Positions 46,330-57,200 of a stretch of 64,000 bases of DNA are shown piece after piece. The position numbers and the translations under genes are program-made. The notes below the pieces were generated by a model. It was not told the origin of the DNA, searched no databases, and saw only the letters and a program-made list of their open reading frames with translations. Source of the stretch: Azolla caroliniana (lineage: Eukaryota; Plantae; Polypodiophyta); the NCBI GenBank assembly GCA_043228905.1, contig JBHGNT010000003.1:21514001-21578000 (forward strand). The letters are read 5' to 3'. Positions within the stretch are counted from its first letter, which is position 1, and the number at the start of each line of letters is the position of its first letter.

Positions 46330-47100
46330 TCGATCGTCCGCTTTGCCGCCGCCACCTTCCGTCTCTCCGGCCTCACGTGGGCTCTCGAGGCCGACCACCG
46401 AAGTCTCTAGAATAGGTGTGGGAAAAGTCTCGGTACCATCACTCGCCGATGTCATGTTTGTAGCCACCTTCGTTCGGACGTCGTGGTCCGTGGCTATCTC
46501 GTCCCCGGTTACGCAAGCCTCGGTTATGCTTGCTACCTCCTCGTCCTCGTCCTCGTCCTCGTCTCGGTTGCCCGCCTTGCCGTCGTCACCGCCCGTCGCT
46601 TAGGACTCACGCCGGCACTCGGGCCGACCATTGGAGCCTCTAGGACCGGTGTGTGTAAGGTCGTGGCACCGCCGCTCGTTATGTCCGTAGCCACCTCTAT
46701 CCGGACGTCGTTGTCCGTGGCTACCCCGTCTCCGATTGCGGAAGCCTCGATTACGCTTGCCGCCTCCTCTTCCTCGATCTCCTTGCCGTCGTCTTGGTTG
46801 CCCGCCTTGCCGCCGCCACCGCCCGTCGCTTTAGGTCTCACGCCGGCACTCAGGCCGACCGACAGAGCCTCTAGGACCGGTGTGGGTAAGGACACGACAC
46901 CACCGCTTGTTGTGTCCGTAGCCTCCTCCGATCGCACAAACCTCGATTACGCTTGCCGCCGTCTCTTCCATGTCGTCGTCTCGGTTGCCTGCCTTGCCAC
47001 CGCCACCGCCCATCGCTCTAGGTCTCACGCCGGCACTCGGGCCAACCGCCGGAGCCTCTAGGGCCGGTGTGTGTAAGGTCACGACACCGCCGCTTGTCTC
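46330..47100 (-). repeat. Four diverged ~190-230-bp internal repeats in element F
   Basis: TAGG(T/A)CTCACGCCGGCACTC.GGCC...GAGCCTCTAGG.CCGGTGTG at ~46370 (diverged), 46601, 46832, 47019. Confidence 0.8.
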
Positions 47101-47856
47101 CTCCGCACTCGATGTTTTGGGCCACCATGTCCCGAATTCGTAGTTACCGGCCTCCATGGCCGTCCCTTCACCGCAAGGCAAGAGGGTCGCTTGCTCCGCA
47201 CCCTCTCCCATGTCGCCGTCGTACGCTCTCCCGGCCTCCGTATAGGCCCCGTCTTCTACGCTTAGGGAGGCTTCTTCCTCCGCATCCTCCGACCGCCTCC
47301 GACCCGACTCCATAATAAGACTTTCTTTAGCTTCGAACTTCACCTTCACGCTCTCGCATGCCTCCCATACCAACGCCTCTAGGTCGTACTCCTCCGGTTG
47401 ATCGCGTGTCGAGCTCTCTTCTGACGGTAGTGCGTAGCCGCTCACCGCCCTCTCTTCTCCGCCGCTCGTGGGCCACGTTGTTGCCGACCGCTCCCCATTG
47501 GGTTGCCGGCATACCCACTCCGGTTTCGCGTATCCGTATGCGTCCAATAGAGGTCCCTCAAAGGACTCCCATGACTCGTGAGCTTCTTGAAGCTCCTTGA
47601 CCTCTTTGTGCACTGATACGGCCGCCACTCGACGAAAATATTCTAGCCGCATCACTTTGTTCACGCCCCTCCTCTTCATCTCGGCTTTGTACGCTTCCAA
47701 GAACCTTGGGACTTCGTCCCCGTTGAATCGGTCGACTCGATCGACCACCCTCTCAACGACTTGTTGAGCCGCATCTTGCCTCACCTTCTTCCGTCGGGCC
47801 TCCATCACAATCTTCGCCATCATCTCCGCAAAGTCGAAGTCTTCTTCCATCTCCAT
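46831..47856 (-). CDS. Truncated Gag-like ORF with acidic/repetitive tail (341 aa) in element F
   Basis: RFNGDEVPRFLEAYKAEM...F.RV...SVHKEV.E...SWESFEGPLLDAYG aligns with autonomous Gag RFGGKNPTSYLEAYRAEM...TWEEFE..LLEKYG; no knuckle or protease. Confidence 0.7.
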   Translation of the reverse strand: MEMEEDFDFAEMMAKIVMEARRKKVRQDAAQQVVERVVDRVDRFNGDEVPRFLEAYKAEMKRRGVNKVMRLEYFRRVAAVSVHKEVKELQEAHESWESFEGPLLDAYGYAKPEWVCRQPNGERSATTWPTSGGEERAVSGYALPSEESSTRDQPEEYDLEALVWEACESVKVKFEAKESLIMESGRRRSEDAEEEASLSVEDGAYTEAGRAYDGDMGEGAEQATLLPCGEGTAMEAGNYEFGTWWPKTSSAEETSGGVVTLHTPALEAPAVGPSAGVRPRAMGGGGGKAGNRDDDMEETAASVIEVCAIGGGYGHNKRWCRVLTHTGPRGSVGRPECRRET

Positions 47857-50800
47857 GCTCCCTTGCCGCCCTTCACGTCGGGTTCACCAAAGATGTTGCG
47901 TTGTTACGCGCGTGCGTGTAGAAGGGGCGGGACCACCGGGATCTCGGACTAGGGAGTAGAGGAGAAAGAATAAGATATGTTTGGAAGCTTAGCTCAAGAG
48001 GAGAAGAAGAAAGAATAGGATCATGACAAAGAAGGAGAGATCAGCGGAGGTAAGATACTCAACAAGATATATTAAAACAACGAATGGTTACAACAATGGT
48101 GGCCGCATGGGCCGCACCAAACGACTATGAGAAAACCCTAAGCGAAGATGAATAAGGAAAATCCTAAACGAAACCCTAACCCTAAAACGGTAAGAACTCT
48201 AGACTAAGTGGTATACTTCTCATACGCAAAATAGGCAACCCTTCATAAGTGACCCCTCCCTTCCTTTTATAGCCCAAGGAGGGAGGGACCTTACAATGTG
48301 GGATAAAATTTCCCCTCTTATTTCTATACACCATTTGCTAGTATATATGTGCACATGTTGCACACCACCGACTTGCCCTTTCCACCCCAGTTTCCGCCTA
48401 TGGACGAAAATCTTCACGACAACGGCACGCTGCGCTTCATTCAGGACCTGCAACCGGTCAACAGGGTGACCATCCGTAATGCAGGAATTGGACCGACCAT
48501 AGACGAGTTCGTGGAGGCCTTCGCTGGAAGGTCGATCTATTCAGTCGGTGACTTATACTCGGGGTACGACCAGTTCCAGCTAGTCGTGGAGAGCAGGGAT
48601 ATCATGACGATGCGAACTCCTCTTGGCCTAGTACGGATGTGTACCCTACCACAAGACGAGACGAATTTGGTGGCGCATATGGTGAATGCAATGAACAAGA
48701 TGCTGAGGGACTACATCCTGGACATCACCATGCCATTCTTGGATGACATCCTGATAAAGGGGTGTTCGGTGGAAGATGCGGACGAGACTGTCGGGCCAGA
48801 CGGATGCCGGAGGTTTGTTGTGAACCACATCAACCACTGCGAGAAGGTGCTGTAGAGGCTCGAGAGCGCACGACTCACCTTCTCCGGAGAAAAATCGGCG
48901 TTCGGGCAGTCGGAGATCTTGGTGGTCGGACACCTGTGCGGGGCTTACGGTAGGAAACCGTCTCCCACAAAGGTAGAAGCCATCTCCGCTATGAAGGATG
49001 ATTGCGGGTCGGTTATGGAGGTCCGCAGATTCTTGGGGGCGTGCGCGTTCTACCACATCTAGATTCCGCACTACGCGCATGTTGTGGAGCCGCTCTACGA
49101 GCTATTGAAGAAAGGGCGTAGGTTCGCGTGGAGGACGGAGCACACGGAGTCGGTCCAGAGGATGAAGGAGGCACTTGCTGCGGCACTGGCTCTCCGAAAA
49201 GCGGTTTACGGCTAGGATGTCCCCATTTGCGTGACGGTGGACACGAGCCCGACCGGGATCGGGTGGGTAATCAGTCAGGAGGACAAGGACGGCGTACGGT
49301 TCCCGATCCGGTTCGGGGCGAAGGTATTGAGCGAGCAGCAACGAGGATACACCCAAGATAAGCGCGAGCTTTGGGGTATCGTTTCGGCAGTCAAGGCCTA
49401 CAAGGACTATCTGATCGGGATGGAAGTGATCATCGAGACGGACTGCCTGCCGATACTCGGTATGGTTTCCGGATGCGCGACACCGGACCTAGAAATGCTC
49501 CGGTAGATAGCGTACATTAAGTCCCTGAACCTGGAGATACGGCACATCTCCGGAAAAGATAACGCCATGGCCGACATGCTTTCGAGAGCGAGGTTCAACG
49601 ACGAAGACGGCATGGTTTCGGATGACGAGGAAGTCGGCGAGGACTTCTTCGGGTCGGCTAACGTGACGACGAGGAAAGGGGACACTCCGGCGCTTAACGA
49701 ATTCGACGAAAGCAGGTATGACGGGGAGTGGCTCCAAATCAGGAGGTTCCTACGGGTGATGACGCCAGACGCAGTGTGGACGAGAGAAGAGGCGAGCCGG
49801 GTACGGAAGAAGGCGTACCGATTCTTCCTACGGGACGGGTGCATATGGAGGCACCCAAAGAAAAGAAACGGCATCCCACTCCGAGTAGTGGTAAAGAAAG
49901 AAGAATATGAGGAATTACTGGCGGCATTTCATGAGAGTCCCTGGGCCGGGCACCGCGGAATGTGGGTCACATTCGAGAAGCTGAAGGAGAAGTACTGGTG
50001 GCCGAGGCTGTACTGGGACGTGCATCGGTTCGTAACGACTTGCAAAAGCTGTCAGATGCACTCCATAGTCCGACATCGGGACGAGCTACACCTGACCTAC
50101 CCGCCTACGGTCCATTTCAAGTGGATGGTAGGACAGATGCGATACCTGGTGCTTACGCGGGAAGACTTAACGAACCAGGTGGAAGGCCGTGCACTACAGA
50201 ACAAGACAACCGCGGCGGTATGCCGGTTCCTGATCGAAGAGGTAGTGTGTCGGGAGGATTGTGGCGGACTGGGGAGAGTTGGATGCGTGGGAAGCTGAGG
50301 AGCTGTTCGACCGGCTAGGGGTCAAACTCTCCCTCACTACGGCGTACAATCCGGAGGCGAACGGGAAGGTAGAACGTGGGCACGGGCCGATCGTAATGGC
50401 GTTAGTGTGTGCATGCGGAGGGCAGGTCGAGAATTGGCTGCGACTCCTTCCTTACGCACTATGGGCGGACCGAACTATGCACAGTTCGGTGATAGGGTTT
50501 ATGGCGGCAGAGCTGATGTATGGAGAGAAGCCGATCAAGGGAGTGGTAGATTCGAAGGACAAGATGAGCCGAGAGGGCGTGGATGAGAGTGACGATCAGT
50601 TCGGGCCCAGCGAAGAATCGGAGAGCGACGAGTGAAGCCGGTTTTCTTCGGTATCTACCCGTCTCTGGCGCATGCCGGTGGATGCGCGGTTTGGTGGGGG
50701 TGGATGTCGTGAAGAAAATTGGCCATAGGCGGAATCGGAGAAAAAGGCGCATGAACCGGCTCTTACATGGGTGGACGCGAGAATTGATATTTTGTACATG

Positions 50801-51325
50801 ATTCATAACTAGGTCGGCTGATGTAAATACTAGGTAGTACACATTTATTAGGGGATTTGTGCATATCTTTGTCGAGAGGGGCAGGGAATAAACTATTTAA
50901 GGAGGGAGAGAAGGAAGAAAAAGGTATTGCGCGTTGGCGAGGACGAAGTGCTGTTGCAGAACCAAGTGCCGAGCTCTCTCCTCCGATTGTCGTTTTCTGT
51001 GGGTGTCGGGAGTTCGCTGCCTCTGCTTCGTGGACAGCTCGTGTGCTTCCAGCAAAGGCTCTCCCCCCTTTTTTTTGTTTCTTGAAGTCGAGTGGTTGTC
51101 GTCCGTGTGCGTGAGTAGGACCGTGTGTTAGGTCCATTACCGGTTTGCCGGTTGTAACTGTTCGAGTTATAAGCTACTGATTATAGTAATCGGATTCCTG
51201 TTTCTTGCTCTTATTTTCTTTCTGTGTGTTGGTAACTCTCTCTCTCTTTGTCTCTCTCTTTCTCCTTGGTCCAAGACCCCCGTGGTCCCGCCTCTTCCTA
51301 CACGCACGCGCGAAACTTCGCGACA

Positions 51326-52085
51326 ACAGTAAACGGCATCAGCGTACTGGCGTGCTTGCTACAAGAGTTGATCACCACAAGAGTAGAGTCTCGACATAGT
51401 CGATCATGAAAGGAAGCGAACAGAGAAGCGCCTAAGGGCGTGCGGAGCCCTCTTCCCCGACGAAGAGATTGGCAACATTGTTGAGCTAGTCTCTTTCGAT
51501 GACACCTTGGAAGAGATAAGGAAGTTGTTCGAAGGAGGCCCAAGTGAAGACCGGGTGATCCCGGTTAATTCTGTGGAAATGTACGAAGTCATTGCGCGCT
51601 TCGGGGAAGAGGTCGGGTTGGATCGGACGGCTCACGTAAACACGAAATACAAGACTGTGAACCAGAAGGTGAGGTCAGTGGCGGCTCCCTTGCTGGAGGG
51701 CAGCAAGGAACGGATAAAGGGGGTAGCGTCAGACCCAAGTTTACGGAATCCGGCCGGCATAAGACACCGGTTCACCGATAAAACGCTATGGGAGCTCAAG
51801 ATATGTGGGGTGGCTTTCTACTACTGGCGGAGGAGGACCGGTTTCGGAAAATGCTCGAGAGGCACGGGAAGGCTTTCACATTCTCGCTGGATGAGATTAG
51901 GTGCGTGGACTCGACGATTGTTGAACCAATGGTTATCTTCACGGTACCGCATGTGCTGTGGAACCTCAAACCGATTCCGGTACCAAGAGTTCACATCCCG
52001 AAATTGATGGAGCTACTGAAGTAGAAGGTGGAGATGGGCATCCTCGAGCCGTCAAGTGCCCCGTATTCGAATCGGCAGTTTACGG
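51326..52085 (+). pseudogene. Gypsy pol fragment (host K; also 40121-40144), target of D and E
   Basis: TKYKTV, DPSLRNPAG, WNLKPIPVPR, ILEPSSAPYSNR; joins GGTTGTACGG at 40135-40144 when D is removed. Confidence 0.85.
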
Positions 52086-54294
52086 TGTCGTGAAGATCCG
52101 TCACTACGTTCGGATCATGAGGCGGAACCGCCAAGGTACTAGACTGGAAGGATTCGAAGTTTGCACTAGCTTTAGCGAGAAAGTATGTAAGATAGATTGA
52201 AAGAGAAAGAGATTGAACTTTTAACTTTTAGATTTAAGAGCGAAGATACATTAACAATAGGATTACAAATTTCTTATTTTTCCCAAAATTTTCATTAGTC
52301 TCATTTGCTTGATTCCTCCACTCTTTTATAGATGCCTCCATGCATATGGTTCATGTGAGGGTGCAAGACATGCACGTAATGCATGAAATGTATACTTACC
52401 ATGTCATCATCTAAGCTCTCATGTATGAGAATTTACATGTAAAAGTATAATGATAAAAATATAGCTTCTAAGGAAATGACTTGGCTTAGTAGTAAGTATA
52501 TTGCTTTCTATCTTGGAGGTGCAAGGTTCTAGCCTTGCTCACATCCCTTTCAAAACACAAAATACTACTAGGCTTTTGGTCTTGTATTTACACCGAAAAT
52601 CTTCAAAACACCATGCACCGCAATCAACCGACCGATCCGTCTATCTTGATCGGTTCAATCCGATCCCATCCGTCGCCATCCGGTCCCGGTCTCGATTGCC
52701 GTCGTCGTCTCGCCAGATCCGTCCAGTCGGCCAAAACCTTTACAAGTAGTTAGGCCACACCCATTCATTTGGTTAGTTTAACTTGAGTTACCTTAAACAT
52801 TCCATGATCCACTCATAGACACAAAGTAATCTGGGATCCTTATTTGTCTTGTCTATGTGGGATATCTCGTAGTTTTGTTTTTTCTCTTCTTCTTCGCAAA
52901 CTTCACACTCACATAACTTGACACTAAGTTGTCCGTTTCACATGTAGTAAAATGCATTCAGAAGCTCTTGAAGACATCCATCTTTTCGTACCAAGATATT
53001 AAACTAATATAAAATAATATTTCACTATTATTGTTTCATATTGTGTGTGAAGAACCACACTCGAGTTTGTACATTCCATGCAATTTTCTCACTGTTGCCG
53101 AAGAAGAACGACACGTTGCACCGATATTCCCTCCTAGATTCTCTTCTTGACCTACGCGATATTAAATCCTCTATTAATGTCTAACTTCATAGTAATCCAC
53201 AAAGCCTACCGACACCTAGTATTTACATAAGTTAGTGCAAAAGGGGGTGTACTTGTGCACACTCGCGTTCCCACGCATTTAGTGACGTTTCCCCCTATGG
53301 CTTGGAATCTTCACGACATCCACCCCTACCAAACCGCACGTCCTCCGGTATGTGTCAGGCAGTTGGTTTAGTGGAGGATTCCAAGGCCGGTCGTTACTCG
53401 TCCTCTCGGTTCGAGTCATCGCTTTCAGTTCCCATCGTCAGGTCTGGTTCCACTTCGTTCCGCCTTTTGAAGGCCTTTATATGCTTTCCTGCTACCGGTG
53501 TCATCATTCGGGTGTCATCGAGCTCCGCGAGATGGTATGTCGCGTTGTTGTTCGCGCAAGTCACCACGTACGGCCTGAACCACCGTTTTGCGAACTTACG
53601 CGTAGACCGATGTTGGTTGTCAAGACTGTTGTTGTAGACCAAAACCCATTCGCCTTCCTCGATCTTCTTTGGCTAGAGTCGGTGCGTCCGGTTGAACCTG
53701 GCCTTGTTTTTGCTTTGTGCCTCTTTTAACCTTGTTGTTGCCCGTTCCACGTCTTCCGGCCTTCGATCGAGTTGTCGGATGCGTGCCGCCAACAACTCTC
53801 CTCGGTTCATTTTGTCGGCCCAATTGACCGCCATCCAGGAGGTAATTGTTCGTTCCACTGGAATGATGGGTTTCTACCCGAACATGAGCTCCATAGAAAT
53901 GTACCCAGTCACCGAATTGTCAGTAGTCTTTTCCGCCCATAGCGCGTAAGGGAGTAGTCTCGGCCAGTTGTTGACTCGTCCTTCTCATGCGCGCACTATA
54001 GCTTTTACGATCAGTCAATGACCCCCCTCAACCTTCCCGTTTGGTTATGGGTTGTACGTCGTTGTGAGGGTCAACTTCACCCCTAGTTGGTCAAATAGTT
54101 CCTTGGCCTCCTCCGCATCCAGCTCTCCTCGATCGGCCACAATCTTTCCTACGCACCTGTATCGGCAGATGACATCTTTAATCAGAAACTTGCACACGAC
54201 CGTGGTGGTCTTGTTTGTCAATGCCCGGCCCTCCACCTGGTTTGTCAGATCTTCCCTTGCTAGCACCAAGTATCGCATTTGTCCTACTCCCATC
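52086..54294 (-). mobile_element. Ty3/gypsy element E, 3' part (integrase 53394-54293, PPT, 3' LTR 52086-53318)
   Basis: LTR with 12-bp terminal inverted repeat TGTCGTGAAGAT/ATCTTCACGACA; PPT 53319-53335; integrase peptides YLVLAREDLTNQVEG and KRWFRPY. Confidence 0.88.
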
Positions 54295-57200
54295 TGTTGA
54301 GAAATCGTTCGGTCAAATCACAATGAACGAACTATGCTGAAATACGAATCACAAATATGCCAGAAAAAACAAGACAACAATGGTGCACAGAGATTTAACG
54401 TGGAAACCCTAAAACGGGAGAAAACCACGAGAACAAAGCTTCACTATGTATAGTGGATATACAACACTCTTACGAGTGTATCAGCCACGCAAGGCTCTTG
54501 GTGTCTGCTATTACGCACACAACTATGGCGCCGCTCTCACTCACTCTCTGTCTCATGCGCTCTCACACTACTTTTGTTCTACAATTATTCACTCACGTTT
54601 TTGCCCTAAGTGTATTTATACTTATAAATTGTATGGGCTATTTACAAATGTAGCCTTTGCTACGTATCATTATTATTATTGCTATAATAATAATAATAAT
54701 CGAACTATCAAACAGTCGACTCACTGTTTTCGACTCTCCGATTGTAGACTTTCCAAACAGTCGGATCTTCCCTATCTTCGATTGTCGGCACTCCTTGGTC
54801 CAATCAATCAGCTCCCCGTAATCATCGACTGTCGGCAACTTCTGGACAGTCGGTTCTTCCTCCCACTAGAGGGACATATTCCCAACAAACTCCCCCTTCA
54901 CTCCTATGGGAGGAAGTCAGTTAGTCCTATCTTCTGTCGACAGACTCTGAGTCTATCCATAGGTAGGTTCTTTGTTAGCATGTCGGATCCATTGTCGTCA
55001 GTATGGATCTTCACGAAGGAAAACTCTCCTTCTTTGACTCTCTCCCACAACCAGTGATACCTTCTCTGTATATTCTTGGTCCGGGAGTGGTATGCAACAT
55101 TCTTGGCAAGATGTATGGCACTCTGGCTATCACAATGAAGCAAGAGCTCCTTTTGCTTCCGGTGAGAAAACTTCTCATCAAGATCATCTCTTTGCCGGTC
55201 TCTATCGCTGCCATATACTCTGCCTCTGTAGTCGACAAGGCTACAGACTTCTACAATCGTGACTGCCATGACACTGCTCCCCCTGCATAGGTCATCACGT
55301 ACCCTGACGTGGATCAGCTCGAGCCGACATCTCCCGACATGTCTGAATCGGTAAAACCTTCTAGCAAAGGTTTTCCGACACCATACCTTAGGCACACCCT
55401 CGAGGTGCCCTTTAAGTACCTGAGTATCCACTTCACTGCTGCCCAATGTTCTCTCCCTGGATTACTCATATATCGTCTTACTGCTCCTACAACAAATGCT
55501 ATGTCTGCTCTCGTACAGACCATAACATACATTAGACTGCCGACGGCCGAGGCATACAGTACCTTCCTCATCTCGACCTTTTCCTTCTCCCCTTTCGAGC
55601 ACTGCTTCGAATTCAATCTGCAATTTGTCAGCAACACTAAGCTGACCGGCTTTGCATCTGACATGTTAAATCTCTCTAGGATCTTCGTCACATACTTCTG
55701 CTGTGACAACCATAACACCTTTTGAGTTCTGTCTCGAACTATGTGCATTCCTAAGATCTATTTAGCCGGTCCAAGGTCTTTCATGGCAAATGATTTGCGG
55801 AGAGCTTTCTTCAAGCTTACAATCTTCCTTGTATCTTGACCGACTATTAGCATGTCATCAAAATATAGCAAGAGAATCAAGAAGTCTTCTTCTTCATACC
55901 TTTTGACGAACACACAGTGATCGGCCTGTGTTTTCTAGAACCGGTGTTCCATCATGAAGGACTCGAACTTCTTGTACCATTGGTGTGGAGCTTGTTTCAG
56001 ACCGTACAAGCTTTTCTTCAGTCGACACACCAAATTCTCTTTCCCTTTCTCCTCAAAGCCTTCGGGTTGCTGCATGTAGATTTCTTCTTCTAGCTCCCCG
56101 TGCAGAAACGCGGTTTTGACATCCAACTGTTCGATCTCCAGATCCATACTGGCCACTATGCTCAGAATAGTTCGAATCGATGTCATCTTCACGACTGGTG
56201 CGAATATTTCGTCAAAGTCGACGCCCTTTTTCTGTTGAAAACCCTTCACCACTATGCGGGCTCTATACTTGGGCTCACTGTCGGCTTCTCTAGTCTTCAC
56301 GTTGTAGACCCATTTATTCCTGAGTGCTCTCTTACCTTTCGACAACTCTACCAGGTCATAGGTGTAATTCTCGTGCAAGGATTCCAACTCATCTTGCATC
56401 GCGCTCATCCATTTCGCTCTGTGCTCGTCGGCAATGGCTTCTTCATAGCACTCCGGTTCACCTTCATCAGTCAAGAGGATGTATCAGCTGGCATATGTAG
56501 TCGGTGCTTTCCTCTCCCTGAGTGGGTATCTTCTTCCACTCGTTGTTGGCTCTCTTTCGGATGTCTCTGCCAACTCTTCTCTCTGCTCGGGATTTTGCTC
56601 ATCAATCGGCCTCTCCTGCTTGGGTAATTCCAACTCATATTCATCAATTGACCTTAGTAGCTCTGCCGACTCTGACTCATAGTCAATCGGTCTCTTTGAG
56701 TCGACCGACTCGGATTTGGCTCTGTAGGCCAACTGTCTCCTTATAGCTGTCGGTGACGACTCACTTGGCCTTAAGTCGATGGTAGTCGGGGTTGACTGGG
56801 GAGTCGATTCCGACTTCGGTTGCTTCCAGTCTTCAATCGTCTTGTCTTCTAGAAAGACTACATCCGGACTTCTCACTACCTTCTTGTCGACTAGGTCTCA
56901 TAGCCTATAGTAGCCAAACTCATCTTCCGAGTATCCCATGAATATGCATGCTTTTGACTTACTATCGAGCTTTGATCTCTGATCTTTTGGTACATGCATA
57001 TACCCCAAACATCCAAACACCCTCAGGTGTTGGTAGGAGACATCCTTCCCTGTCCACACTCTCTGTGGGACATCACCCTTTAATGGTACTGAGGGAGACC
57101 TGTTGATTAGATAAACAACTGTGTACATCGCCTCAGCCCAATAGGATTTCGGCAGTTTCGCATGAGAGAGCATGCTCCTTACCCTCTCCATGATTGTTTG

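Larger units (their letters stand above)
43772..48421 (-). mobile_element. Non-autonomous LTR element F (no pol), inserted in the RT of D
   Basis: 528-bp LTRs 43772-44299 and 47894-48421 (about 10 differences by eye); perfect PBS 47873-47889; PPT 44300-44316; TSD ATGG/ACGG. Confidence 0.95.
42939..50635 (+). pseudogene. Disrupted pol of element D, split by F (42939-43771 and 48422-50635)
   Basis: WFTVPKKNG|TLRFIQDLQ rejoins across F; FLDD; IETDC; FHESPWAGH; YNPEANGKVER; C-terminal integrase deletion near 50537. Confidence 0.92.
40145..51325 (+). mobile_element. Ty3/gypsy element D with both LTRs, interrupted by F; integrase internally deleted
   Basis: LTRs 40145-40769 and 50705-51325; perfect tRNA-Trp PBS 40774-40790; PPT 50688-50704; TSD ACGG/ACAG. 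Confidence 0.95.

Noticed and set aside
44395-46467. Long GC-rich ORFs on both strands in F (e.g. 44990-45958, 45085-45852) as captured genes or env
   Set aside because: Low complexity, no recognisable domain, signal peptide or TM anchor; expected in GC-rich repeat-derived DNA
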